Source of the DNA: Mobula hypostoma | Lineage: Eukaryota | Reading direction: 5' to 3' | NCBI RefSeq assembly: GCF_963921235.1 | Contig: NC_086097.1 | Location: 252,528,001 to 252,592,000, forward strand | DNA length: 64,000 nucleotides | In this document: in pieces, positions 49,745 to 62,885 of the stretch | How the letters are laid out: the number at the start of each line of letters is the position of its first letter | Numbering within the stretch: position 1 is the stretch's first letter | Program-made: the position numbers and the translations under genes | The notes under the pieces: model-generated | The model's database searches: none | Seen by the model: only the letters and a program-made list of their open reading frames with translations | What the model was told of the DNA's origin: nothing

Positions 49745-50225
49745 TGTGCAGAGAAAATTTTCAAGGATGTTGCCAGGTCTTGAGGACCTGAGTTGTAGGG
49801 AAAGTTTCATTAGGTTAGGACTGTATTACCAGGAACGTAGAAGAATGGAGGGAGGTTTGATAGAGGTATACAAAATTATGAGGGGTGTAGATAGGGTAAA
49901 TGCAAACAGGCTTTTCCCACTGAGGTTGGGTGAGCCTAGAACTTGAGGCCATGGGTTAAGAGTGAAAGTTGAAATGTTTAAGGGGAACATCAGGGGGAAC
50001 TTCTTCACTCAGAGGGTGGTGAGGGTGGAACAAGCTGCCAGTGGAAGTGGTGCATCTGGGTTCGATTTCGACAGTTAAGATAAATTTGGATAGGTACATG
50101 GATGGGGGGGCGGGGTGCGGTATGAAGGACTATAGTCTGGGTGCAGGTTGATGGGAGTAGGCAGATTAATAGTTTGGCATGGACTAGATGGGCCAGTTTC
50201 TGTGCTGTAGTGTTCTATGACTCTA
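49745..50225 (+). mobile_element. CR1 3' fragment
   Basis: ORF 49746..49946 (QRKFSRMLPGL) plus 3' UTR. Confidence 0.85.
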
Positions 50226-50272
50226 TGAGTCTAATTTATGTAAAACTATACATTACAAAGATTGACATATAA

Positions 50273-50583
50273 AGGCATCCATTAGTCTTGCGAGACCATG
50301 GATCTACGCCTGGAAAGTCTTCACTCTCCAGGGCGCAGGTCTGGGCAAGGTTGTATGGAAGACCAGCAGTTGCCCATGCTGCAAGTCTCCCCTCTCTACG
50401 ACACCAATGTTGTCCAAGGGAAAGGCATTAGGACCCATACAGCTTGGCACTGGTGTCATCGCAGAGCAATGTGTGATTAAGTACCTTGCTCAGGGACACA
50501 ACACGTTCCCTCGGCTGGGGCTTGAACTCACGATCTTCAGGTCGCTAGTCCAATGCCTTAACCACTTGGCCACGTGCCCACAC
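50273..50583 (-). mobile_element. Full-length tRNA-derived SINE with a perfect 12-bp TSD
   Basis: Head GGCACGTGGCCAAGTGGTTAAGGC...GAGTTCAAGCCC carries A and B boxes. TSD ATTGACATATAA at 50261-50272 and 50584-50595. Confidence 0.85.
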
Positions 50584-52282
50584 ATTGACATATAACCAAT
50601 GTGCAAAAGCAGACAAACTGTGCAAATAAAACAAGTACATATTACTGAGAACATGAAGGCAGGAGAGTGGTTTTGAGAAGGATAATAAATCAGCCATGAT
50701 GGAATGGCGGAGCAGACTCGATGGGCTGTATGGCCTAATTCTGCTCATTTATCTTATGATCTTATGAGTTGTAGGGTCCTTGACAGTGAGTCTGTAGGTT
50801 GTGGAATCAGTTCAGTGTTGAAGTGAGTGAAGTTATCCACGCTGGTTCAGGAGCCTGATGGTTATAGAGTAATAACTGTTCCTGAACCTGGTGGTGTTGG
50901 ACCTACGGCTCATTGTGGTGAGTGAAGTTGTCCACACTGGTTCAGGAGCCTGATGGTCATAGGGTAATAGCTGTTCCTGAACCTGGTGGTGTTGGTCCTG
51001 AGGCTTCTGTAGCTCCTGCCTAATTCAGCAGCGAGAAGAGAGCATGGCCTGGTTATTTTCTTTATTTTTAATAAAATTTTTTCCAAAATATTCATAGGAA
51101 TATATTCTTAATGAACAGGTATTACCTTAAGACTAAGTGCTACTTTAAATTGAAGATGACAGCACAGTGTTAATCTACAAAAACTTGCAGTGGTGAGGAC
51201 TGATCATTTGTAGTAAAGAGCTTTATAACTGCATGATTGGCTAGGGAACTGTAGGGCAACAAAAGCTTCTCTTTTATTCCATTCCTTGGAAGTTTTTATG
51301 CTTTATTGTTTTACAACATTGAATCACAGTGGATTTAATTTGTTTTTTTTACACTGATCAACAGAAATTACCACTGTAATACTGATACATCTGACTTTAC
51401 CTTCTCCTTCTCAGATTTCAGGGTGAATTTGATCATAATATGATCACTTTCCCCTAAGGGTTCTTTTACCTTAAACTCTCTAATCAATTCCAGTTCTTTG
51501 CACAACATCCAATCCAGAATAGCTGATCCTCTAATAGGCTCAACCACAAGCTGCTCTAAAAAGCCATCTCGTAGACACTCCAGAAAGACCCCTCCTGTAA
51601 TCCAGCATCAGTCTGATTTTCACAATCCTCCTGCATATCGAAGTCCCCCGTGACTATTGTAAGATTACCCTTTTGACATGCACTTTCTATCAGCCGTTGT
51701 AATTTATAGACAACATCCTTATTACCGTTTTGGAGTCTGACTTCAGAGTCCCCCACATGCCTTCTGGCAAACTCTAGCCCAGATTTCATGTAAACTCTCA
51801 ACAGTGGCTTTCTGTTCACAAATCTTCCATAAAGCTGTGACTGGTGAAGCATGGGGGCAACAGTTGTTGTATGCGGTGTCTCTCCTATCTCTGGGGCACA
51901 GCCTCAGGATCGAGGAGCGTCCATTTAAAACAGAGATGTGGAGAAATTTCTTTAGCCACAGGGTGGTGAATTTGTGGAACTGATTACCACAGGCAGCTGT
52001 GGAGGCCAGGTCGTTGGGTGTATTTAAGGCAGAGCTTGACAGGTTCTTGATTGGACATGGCATCGAAGGTTACAGGGAGAAGACAAAGGAGTGGGGCTGA
52101 GGAGCGAAAAAAAGGATCAGCCTTGATTAAATAGTGGGCAGACTCGATGGGCCAAATGGCCTAATTCTGCTCCTATGTCTTATGGCTATTGAAACACCTT
52201 GACTGAACAGGGTGATCTCCATTTAACCAATTATGTGACTTCTAAACCAACTGGCTGCACCAGTGCTGATTTGATGTGTGAT

Positions 52283-53700
52283 ATTATACTTTATACTTTA
52301 TTGTCACCAAACAATTGATACTAGAGCGTACAATCATCACAGCGATATTTGATTCTGTGCTTTGCAATCCCTGAGTACAAAACGATAGTAAATATTAAAA
52401 ATTTAAATTATAAATCATAAATAGAAAATAGAAAAGGGAAAGTAAAGTAGTGCAAAAAAACCGAGAGGCAGGTCCGGATATTTGGAGGGTACGGCCCAGA
52501 TCCGGGTCAGGATCCGTTCAGTAATCTTATCACAGTTGGAAAGAAGCTGTTCCCAAATCTGGCCGTACGAGTCTTCAAGCTCCTGAGCCTTCTCCCGTAG
52601 GGAAGAGGGACGAAAAGTGTGTTGGCTGGGTGAGTCATGTCCTTGATTATCCTGGCAGCCTGCTCCGACAGCATGCGGTGTAAACTGAGTTCAAGGATGA
52701 AAGATTGGTTTGTGTGACACGGTGGTGTCTGAAAAGAGGATGCTGTCTAAGCTGCATGCCATCTTGGACAATGTCTCCCATCCACTACATAATGTACTGG
52801 GTGGGCACAGGAGTACATTCAGCCAGAGACTCATTCCACCGAGATGCAACACAGAGCGTCATAGGAAGTCATTCCTGCCTGTGGCCATCAAACTTTACAA
52901 CTCCTCCCTTGGAGGGTCAGACACCCGGAGCCAATAGGCTGGTCCTGGACTTATTTCATAATTTACTGGCATAATTTACATATTACTATTTAACTATTTA
53001 TGCTTCTATTACTATTTATTTATGGAGCAACTGTAACAAAAACCGATTTCCCCCAGGATCAATAAAGTATGACTATGACTACGTGATGTGCTAGGCTGTG
53101 TTCACGATCTTCTGCAGCTTCTTCCGGTCTTGGACAGGACAACTTCCATACCAGGTTGTAATGCACCCCAGAAGAATGCTTTCTACGGTGCATATATAAA
53201 AATTAGTGAGGGTTTTAGGGGACAGGCCAAATTTCTTCAGCTTCTTCAGGAAGTAAAGGCTCTGGTGGTCCTTCTTGGCAGTGGACTCTGCTTGGTTGGA
53301 CCAAGTCAGGTCATTTGTGATATTGACCCCGAGGAACTTAAAGCTTTTGACCTGTTCCACTTGCGCACCACCGATGTAAATTGGGCCGTGCGGTCCGCTA
53401 CTCCTTCTGAAGTCAACAACCAATTCCTTCATCTTGCTGACATTGAGGGATAGGTTATTGTCTTCGCACCATGCCACCAGGTTCTTAATTTCCTCTCTAC
53501 TCAAACTCATCATTACCCGAGATACGGTCTACAATTGTGGTGTCATCAGCAAACTTATATATTGAGTTTGATGGAAACTTGGCTACACAATCATGGGTGT
53601 ACAGTGAGTACAGCAGGGGGCTGAGTACACAGCTTTGTGGGGCAAAGAGTGGGGCTCAGAGTGATTGTAGAGGAGAGCTTGTCCCCTATTTTTACAGCCT
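52283..53700 (-). mobile_element. Rex1/Babar-like LINE, same family as 12370-13288
   Basis: ORF 53091..53513 is nearly identical to part of 12494..13300, and the 3' UTR is shared. Confidence 0.88.
52718..53082 (+). mobile_element. 3' end of a second Rex-like family, nested in the previous element
   Basis: ILDNVSHPLH...RCNTERHRKSFLP peptide, AATAAA and a (TATGAC)n tail. Host sequence gtgtga|tgtgct resumes afterwards. Confidence 0.75.
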
Positions 53701-55789
53701 GGTGAATACTTAGGCAATTGATTACTTTGTTTTATATTTGTAATTAATTTAGAGATTTGTAGAAATTTGTTTTCACTTTGACAGGAAGGAGTCTTTTTTT
53801 GTTGACCAGTGTCAAAAAAAGCCAATTTAAATCCACTATGATTCAATGTTATAAAACAATAAAACATGAAAACTTCTGGGGGCGGGGGTGGTGTGAATAC
53901 TTTTTATAGGCACTGTAAGTACTTTGATAATAAATTTGCTTTGATCTTTGAACTTTACTTACCTGACAGACACAGTCTTATATAATCAGCAATCCACTGT
54001 TAGTTTTATATTTGGAGATGTGGCATGGTAACAGGCCATACTGGCTGGTCTCGACTGTGCTGCACAATTACACCCAGTTAACAAACTAACCTGTACGTCT
54101 TTGAAATTTGTCTCATGGTCTAATCAAAGGTTGTGGGGAGAAGGCAGGAGAATGGGGTTGAGAAGAATAATAAATCAGCCAAATGGCGGAGGAGGCAAGT
54201 TAGGCTTAATGGCCTAATTCTGCACCAATATCATATGGTCTCATGGAAACTGGTGCACCCGGAGGAAACCCACGGGGTTGTGGGGAAAACGTACAAGCTC
54301 CTTACAGACAGCAGCAGGAAATGAACCCACGTCACTGCCTCCACAAAGTGCTATGGTAACTGTTATGTTTCTGTGCCCACCTGTTACGTACCATTAGAAT
54401 CTTATCTAAGAATGGATGTGGTTGCTGCCACTGGAGAGGGCCCAGAGGAGGTTCACAAGAATGATTCCAGGGAATGAAAGGGTTAACATATGGGAAGCAT
54501 TTGATGTCTTTGTGCCGGAATTTAGAAGAATGAGGGGGCATCTCATTGAAACTTATCAAAAATGAAAGGCCTAGATAGAGTGAATATGGAGAGGATGTTT
54601 CCTATAGTGGGGGAGTCGAGCACTGGAGGGAACAGCCTCAGAATAGAACAGAGATGAGGAGGAATTTCTTATTTATTTTATTTTTATTATTTCATTGGGA
54701 CACAGTGTGGATAAGGCCCTTCTGGCCCTTTGAGCCATGCCACCCATCAATCTGCTGAATTAATCCTAGCCTAATGTATAATGACCAATTAAACCACCAA
54801 CCGGTATGCCTTTGGATTGTGGGAGGGAACTGAAGCACCCGGAGGAAACCCACACAGTCACGGGAAGAGCTTGCAAACTCCTTACAGGCAGTGGCGGGAA
54901 CTGAGCCTGGGTCGCCTGTACTGGGCCTTCTTTTGCCAGAGGATGATGAACCTGGAATTCTTTGCCACCAACAGCTGTGGAGGCCAAGTCATTGGATATA
55001 TTTAAAGCAGAGGTTGGTAGGTTCTTGTTTAGGCAGTGTGTCAAAATGAAGTGTGCCTAATAAAATATGGGTAATAGTTTGACCATGATGGAATGGTGGA
55101 GCAGACAAAGGGGGTGGAATGGCCTAATTCTGCTGCTGTGTCTTCTGGTCTTGTGGTCAGAAAATACAGTGCCTTTAATATTGAATACAGTACTGTAATG
55201 TGTCATAAACAGCAGACAGTGCTGGTGGGGTACAAGAACAAAAATTTGTGAATATGCGTTTATAATTCCATTGTACATACAGCCTGCTGAGAATATCTTT
55301 GTTCTTTAGAAATAAATGCTGTGCAAAAAATAAAGATTAGTTTTAATGCATACTTTGTGTATGAATGGAATTGAAATACCAATGCTTCGTCATTTTGGGA
55401 TTTGATATCTTGTCTCTGGGTCATTAATACATGCATACGTACATATGTATCAATAACTACCAGCATATTTTTATAATAAATGCTGCTATTATTACTATGC
55501 ATGTTTTATTCCATATCTGTCTCTTAACCTCTACCTTTATTCACTTTTTCAAATTTATATCTAATTCTCTATGTTTATAGAATTCTTTATTCTGTATAAT
55601 TGTTGAATGTTGTTCTTTGCTGCAAGTCATGCCCTGAGCAAAACACCACAGCAAATTCCTGATACATGCATATGACAAATAAAGTTGATCCTTGATTCTT
55701 AATCCTTAGGCCTTGTCTATTTCCAGCAACTTAAACACTGTGCTACCATATATGTTAAAATGAGTTTAGAGCTCTTCCAATCAAAAACA

Positions 55790-56582
55790 AGAGAAAATGG
55801 TTCAATTTGGTAGGTCAAATATGATGACAGAATATAGTATTAATGGTAAGACTCTTAGGCAATGTGGAGGATCAGAGGGATCTTGGGATCCAAGCCCATA
55901 GGACACTCAAGGCTGCTACGCAGGTTGACTCTATGGTTAAGAAGGCATACAATGCATTGGCCTTCATCAATCATGGGATTGAGTTTAAGAGCCGAGTGGT
56001 AATGTTGCAGCTCTATAGGACCCTGGTCAGACCCCACTTGGAGTACTGTGCTCAGTTCTGGTCACCTCACTACAGGAGGGATGTGGAAGCCATAGAAAGG
56101 ATGCAGAGGAAGTTTACAAGGATGTTGCCTGGATTGGGGAGCATGCCTTATGAGAATAGATTGAGTGAACTTGGCCTTTTCTCCTTGGAATGACGGAGGA
56201 TGAGAGGTGACCTGATAGAGGTGTATAAGATGATAAGAGGCATTGATCATGTGGATAGTCAGAGGCTTTCTCCCAGGGCTGAAATGGCTAGCGTGAGAGG
56301 GCACAGTTTGAAGGTGCTTGGAAGAAGGTACAGAGGAGATGTCAGGGGTAAGTTTTTTATGCAGAGAGTGGTGAGTGCGTGGGATGGGCTGCCAGCGACA
56401 GTGGTGGAGGTGGATACGATAGGGTCTTTTAAGAGACTCCTGCCCAGGTATGTGGAGCTCAGAAAAATAGAGGGCTATGGGTAACCCTGGGTAATTTCTA
56501 AGGTAAGGACATGTTCAGCGCAGCCAAAGGACCTGTATTGTGCTGTAGATTTCGTATGTTTCTATGTTTTCTATGTTTCTAA
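55790..56582 (+). mobile_element. CR1 3' fragment
   Basis: ORFs 55843..56193 and 56200..56484, with a TTTCTATG tail. Confidence 0.9.
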
Positions 56583-57521
56583 AATACTGCAGGTGCTGGA
56601 AATCCAAGTAAGACACACAAGGTGCTGGAGGAACTGGGCAGGTCTATGGAGAAGAGAATAGTTGATGTTTCGAGCTAAGACTATTCAGCAGGATTCTGGC
56701 ATTTTGTGTGTGTTGCTCAGAATTTTTCAAATGGCTTAAATACTTCAATTCTTCACTCCCCATTCCTTCTTTTGACTAACTTTTATGGATGTGTGATGCA
56801 GAGTGTATTGAGTGGTTGCATCACAGCCTGGTATTGAAGAACCAATGCTCTTGCATGGAAAATCTTACAAAATATATTGGGTACGGCTCAATATATCGCA
56901 AGTAAAGCCCTCCGAACCATTGAGTATATCTTCATAGAGCATTGTCGCAGGAAAGCAGCATCCATCATCAGGGACCCCCACCATCCAGGTCATGCTCTCT
57001 TCTCGCTGCTACCATCAGGAAGGAGGTACAGGAGCCTCAGGACTCAGACCACCAGGGTCAGGAACAGTTATTACCCCTCAACCGTTGGCTCTTGAACCAG
57101 AAGAGATACCTTCACCCAACTTCACTGACCTGTTCCAACAACCTATGGACTAACTTTCAAGGACTCTTTGTCTCATGTTCTTGATATTTATTGATTATCT
57201 ATTTATTATTATTGTAGTGTTTTGTTGTATTTTGCATATTGTGGTTTTTCACTGATTCTGGTTTGTTTCTTTGATTTACTGAGTATTCCTGCAGGAATCC
57301 TGAATATCAGGATTGTATATGTTGACTATAAGATATAACTCAGACACGGCAAAGCATTGGGACTGGATGGTGTGAACCCCAAGGTGCTGAATGAGTGTGC
57401 TGAGCAGGTTACATGGTTGGCACAACATTGTGGGCCGAAGGGCCTGTAATATGCTGAAGATTTCGATGTTCTGTGTTCTGTAATGTTCAGCGCAACATCA
57501 ATAAGACAAAGGAGATGGTGA

Positions 57522-60500
57522 CAGGGGTGTATCTATGGAAAATAGCGCCTGTGGCAAGCATTGAAATTGCGCCCCTGTCCAAACATCTGACACCCACCTT
57601 TTAGAGAACTTTACCATAATATCAGCTCAAAAATACAAGTCAAGCTCGTTAATCTTTTAATTAACGAATTATGGCACGACATGAAAATTATAACTGCACC
57701 TTCCTTGCTTTCACTGATGCAAATTGGTCTATGATGTGATCAAAATCAGTTTTTTCAGTTTCTTCTCTTTCTACACTCAGCAGAGCAAGATCACAGAGTC
57801 TGCCTTGACCCATGGAGGCTCTCAGATATGAAAGTATTAGTTTTAACTTGCTGAATGATCTCTCACAGCCGGTGATGGAAACTGCGAAGGTTAGCATTAT
57901 CTGAATAGCAATGCAAAGATTGGGGAAGACGCTGTCATCTCCATACTGAACAATAAATTCAAGAAGCTCTTGATATTTTCATGTTGACCCACCTTGACAG
58001 CAACATTCTGCAATCCAAAAATTTCTTCATATAGCTGCTGTCCATCAACATCAGAGCTGTACAATTCGCCCAAATTTTCACACTTCTTCTTTAGGTCGTT
58101 ACTGTCGGTGCCGTAAATAGTCCCTCGACATCAAGAAGGAACCCAAACTTGGGGTCAGTGTCGTGCAAATGAGCGAACCTTTCGTCGATTTCTCTGTGAA
58201 GACGATCGAGTGTTCCCTTCGTGACTCTTTCCATTTTCTCCTTAGCTGTTAACCCAGCGTCTCTCGAATTCTCATCAGCCATTCGTTTCTTTCGTCTCAA
58301 CGTCATCTTTCACATCTTTCAACGTCAGTATTCCATTCTTGACAGAGACCGACTCCTTCTTCGAGTGACTCAGTGACTAACACTTCTCTTTCATCATGAA
58401 AATGATCTCGGAGGGTTTTCAAATCCAGGGCAGCATCGTGGGAGTTCATGCTAGGTTCCTGCAGCCTCTTTTGAATACAGTCAATGCGAATGAGTACTTT
58501 GTTCCAAAATCCTCGCAAAATCAGAAAATCGTAACTCAACATGCGGTTGTACAGCTGCCTTGCATCACTTCTTCTTTCACTGGTCTCGTTCTCATTGTCT
58601 ATCTTGTCCTGGAGAACTTGAAGTATCTCCTCAAGGTACTTGTTGACAGGCTTCACTGCTTCTGTCCTTGCACTCCACCTGGTTTCGGACTCCGACTTAA
58701 CAACCACAGGCATGGCGTTTTTGAGTTTTTCCTAGCGCTGTGTTGAACGAGAGAAAAACACGTAGAGAGCTTTGATGGTTCCAAAAAACATGACCATCAT
58801 TGTATCCTGCTTGGCTGCATGTACACCCACCAAGTTGAGTGAGTGATTGTCGCAATTCACAAACACTGCCAGGTTGTTTTTCTCACTTATTCTTTGATGA
58901 ACACCACTTCTGTGTCCAGCCATCATAGCAGCGTTGTCATAGCACTGTGAGCGACAATCTTGTAGCTCCACTTCGTCCTTCTCTAGCTGTTTCAAGATGT
59001 CTTCAACCAAGCTCTCAGCATCCTCCTGGCTTAATCTGGATAAAACCAAGGAAGGACTCTCTAACACGGACTGTTTTCCTCTCAAGGTCAACTTCCACAT
59101 ACCTCACTACTTCTGACATCGGCTCACGGCGTACCTGATCAGGAATTGAGTTGAACATAAGGCCATAGCACTTGGCTTTACGAATGCTTCTCAGTAAACT
59201 CTGGCGAACAGTGGATGCCATCATGTGGATAAGTTCATTCTGGACACCCGGTGAAAGATAAGACGTGGATCCAGGATGACTTTCCAAATGAGTGAGGTGT
59301 TCTTTTATGACAGGGTCAAAGATGGCCAGTAGTTTCAGTAAGCCAAGGAAGTTTCCCACATTGGAGTTATTGTCTAGCTGGAGTGACTCCCTGTGTCCTC
59401 ACAAAGCCAGGTTCTGAGTCACAAGGAATTTTATGCAGTGAAGGATTCTCGTCAAGATATCACGTCACTTCTGCTTTTCCTTCTCAATCTGTGACTGAAA
59501 TACTGTGTCAATAACTCCTCTGTTTCCAGCTAAATTTCTTTCCATTTCTTTCCACTGTGTGAAGCATTCCTGATGATTAGATTAGATTAGATTATGAGGA
59601 CACTCAGTCCTCGTTTATTGTCATTTAGAAATGCATGCATTAAAAAATGATGCAATGTTTCTCCAGAATGATATCACAAGAAACACAGGACAAACCAAGA
59701 CTAAAACTGACAAAACCACATAATTATAACATGTAGTTACAACAGTGCAAAGCAATAACGTAATTTGATAAAGAGCAGACCATGGGCATGGTAAAAAAAA
59801 AAGTCTCAAAGTCCCGATAGCCTCATCATCTCACGCAGATGGTAGAAGGGAGAAACTCTTCCTGCCATGAACTTGCCGATGCAGCACCATTGGAAGCACC
59901 CGATGGCAGCGGACTCTGAGTCCGTTGGAAAACTTTGAGCCTCCGACACCGAGCACCGAGCACCATCCTCTGCTGAGCGCTTCTCCTCCGAGCAACGAGC
60001 AAAGCTGGGGACTCGGGGCCTTCCCCTCCGGAGATTGGATCACACAGATCATGATTCTTGGCATTTTCATGAACACTAATCCTTTCAGGAGCTTTCCACT
60101 GGTTGAATCCACTTTCCTGCTCCAGTGAGGATTGATGGTCTGACCGGGAATAGAAAAGACAACAGATACAAAATGCAGACTTTTTAGAAGGGGAATAGAC
60201 CAGCCATGAGCGATTCACTTCCTCACCACGACCGTTTCCCAATTTCCTCTTGAACCAAGTTTTGTTCATTGAGCTGTTATTTGTTGGTAGGAAAGGCCCC
60301 TCACTATTCTGGAAATACTTTGAACCCCACTTTATTATTTCTGTTCTCAACGCGTCAGGCAGAATTGCTTTCCCAGTATCCTTGTCGAACTTCAGAAGTC
60401 CAATGTCATGCTGTTCAATCACTTCTGGTATGACAGTTCGAGGCTCTTTGACACCATCCAGTTCACTAGGTTCAGTGTCGTCAGGTTCAATCTCGTCAGG

Positions 60501-61056
60501 TTCAATCTCGTCAATAAACTCAACATCACCACCACCACCATCGTCTTCCCCTCCTGTCATGACCACGTTCTCTGTGGCAGCCTCACTCTTAATCTCATCA
60601 TACTCGGATTTATCTGACTTGACTTCCTCCTCAGCTTGTGACGCATTTGTACTTGACCCACCTTCGGATTCTAACAAACTTGTAGCAGATGCAGGCGACT
60701 CCATGGAATGTGTCGAACTACTTGTTCTGGGCTTTTCAAAGAAGGGCATGAAGAACTTGCTCGACTTCTTGGCTTCCTCCGCCTCCAACTTTCGTCTCTT
60801 TTGTCCTTCAGCTCCATTTTCCTTCTTCGTGAAGAAATGTTTCATGGTCTTCTTACACAATGCTCTGAAATAAGGCCATCCTAGTGCTTCTCACCAATGA
60901 TAATCAAAGACAGATCATACATCTGAAGAAAATTCTTTTTCACTATCCGAGGATGGCTTGTCTGACCTTAATAGAAACTGCTCAGTGGCGCCCCCCCCCC
61001 CATCAAGTGGTGCCCAGGGCACGTGTCATACCTGCCATACCTTAGATACGCCACTG
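57522..61056 (-). mobile_element. Full-length hAT-Tip100 (ZMYM1-like) DNA transposon with a pseudogenised transposase
   Basis: TIRs CAGGGGTGTATCTA and (reverse complement) CAGTGGCGTATCTA match 12/14. TSD GATGGTGA (57514-57521) / GATGGCGA (61057-61064). Motifs WLVYS...FCICC, GNFLGLL, CYDNA, CDNHSLNL, TRWSAR and CERSFSKLK are spread over frameshifted ORFs from 60860 to 57688. Confidence 0.93.
59579..60050 (-). mobile_element. About 470-bp non-coding retroposed insert with an (AATCT)n tail, inside the hAT transposase
   Basis: ATGATT is duplicated at 59573-59578 and 60051-60056. Removing the insert restores the reading HENAKNH|QECFTQWKE. Confidence 0.75.
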
Positions 61057-62885
61057 GATGGCGATGGACTTCAGGAAGACTAAGCCTGCACTACTCCCTG
61101 TTATTATTGATGGCGAGGACCTACAAGTACCTGAGGGTGCATCTGAACAACAGACTTGATGGAGCACCAACAAGAAGGGCCAAAGTTGCCTCTTCTTTGT
61201 GCAGTGGAGTGCTGGGGCAATGGTATCAACACGGGTGATGCCAACAGGCTCAATAAACCGATTAGAAAGGCTGGCTCTGTTATAGGAGTCAAACTGGACA
61301 CACTGGAGGCTGTGGTAACACAAAGGACCCTAAAGAAAGTTCTGGCAACTTTGGACAATGTTTCTCATGCTCTGCATGCCACCTTGGCTGAACAGGGGAG
61401 CATTTTTAGTAGTAGACTAAGACAACTGCAAAGAGTGCTATATGAGGTCATTCTTACCCTCAGCCATTAGGCTTGAGAATAAATCAACCTGTAGCTGTGG
61501 AAGTGATGACCGCCTCCTGTTAGATTGTTTGAGGTAACTTACTTTTTATTTTTTCTTACTTCTCTTCTAATATTTGTATATCTGTGCACTTGTAATGCTA
61601 CTGTGACACTGTAATTTCCTTTGGGATCAATAAAGTATCTATCTCTCTAAGAGCATAATTAGGCCATTTGGCCCATTGAGCCTGCTCCACCATTTTATTA
61701 TCGCTGATCCAATTTTCCCTCTCAACCCCAATCTTCTCCCTTCTCCCTGTATCCCGTCATGCCCTGACCAATCAGGAAGGTGATTGTACTATGCACTGTG
61801 ACAATGAATTTACTTTGAACTTTGAACTTCTCTTTAAAAGATCAGCAAACAGGGTTACTTGAATCAGGTTATATAAAGAATTCAATAGCTAAATGATTAT
61901 TACAATTTGACAACAAGGTAGTGTTGGTGTCACAACCGTGGACAGTGCCACGGAGTCTGGCCACTCTCGCCGGAGGGCAGCTGAAAGAAGTCAGCAATCA
62001 CGCACGTGAGGATATGCATGTTCCAACCATAAAGTGTTTCTTTGTAATTGTATTTAACTCCCTTCTTTTTGTTTCATTCCTGTCATGTGCTGGCATTGGA
62101 GAGGATTCAGAGGAGGTTCACAAGGATGACTCTGGGAATGAAAGGGTTATCAAATGATGAGCATTTGATAGCAATGGGTCTGTACTCGCTGTACACAGTT
62201 GGCACAACATTGTGGGCCGAAGGGCCTGCAATGTGCTGTAGGTATCTATGTTCTATGTTCTAATTGCATTTATATGCAGGAATCAGGACAGCACCTCTGT
62301 AATAGTAACACCCAGGAATTTAAAGTTGCTAATCTGCTTTTCCCCCGATCCTCTGATGAGGACTGGCTCATGGGCCTATGGTTTCCCTCTCCTGAAGTTC
62401 CTTGGCCTTGCTGACATTTAGTGAGAGGTTGTTGTTATGCCACCACTCAGCCATATTTTCAATCTCACTCATTCATTAAACTTGAATACGGTGTTGGAGA
62501 TGTGCTTATCCACACTGTCATGGGTGTAAAGTGAATAGAGCGGAGGGCTAAACACACAGTCTTGTGGTGCGCCTGTGCTGAGGGAGATCGTGGAGGAGAC
62601 GTATTGCCAATCTAAACTGATCAGGGTCTACAAGTGAGGAAATCCAGAATCCAATTGCACAAGGAGGTGTTAAGGCCAAGGTCTCAGAGCTTATTGATTA
62701 GTTTTTAGGGGATAATGGTATTAAATGCTGAGCTGTAATTGATAAACTGCATCCAGATGTATGTATCTTTGCTGTCCAGATGTTCCAGGGTTGTGTGAAG
62801 AATCAATGAGAGGGCATCTGCTGGGATTCTGTTACTTCAGTTGGCAAATTGGAGCATATCCAAATCACCTCTCAAGTAGGAGCTG

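Larger units (their letters stand above)
51283..53915 (-). mobile_element. Tc1 remnant with long TIRs, fragmented by nested LINE insertions
   Basis: About 51283-51365 is the inverse of about 53795-53880, and the right end is CACTG|TA. Transposase scrap KPLL...KSGLEFARRHVGDS near 51740-51850. Confidence 0.7.
57345..61645 (+). mobile_element. Decayed Rex1/Babar-like LINE split by the hAT-Tip100 insertion
   Basis: NINKTKEMV|MDFRK reads across the insertion site. 3' end AATAAAGTATCTATCT near 61630. Confidence 0.75.

Noticed and set aside
50500..50580. tRNA gene (also 20789-20860)
   Set aside because: A and B boxes are present, but the sequence continues into a SINE body, and the 50273-50583 copy has a TSD. 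I could not build a complete cloverleaf.
59826..60860. 344-aa ORF as a host ZMYM1-like gene
   Set aside because: It lies within TIRs and a TSD, the downstream transposase is frameshifted, and the C-terminal ~70 aa come from an unrelated insert.
60250..60873. 207-aa Ser-rich + strand ORF
   Set aside because: It is the antisense shadow of the acidic transposase N-terminus.
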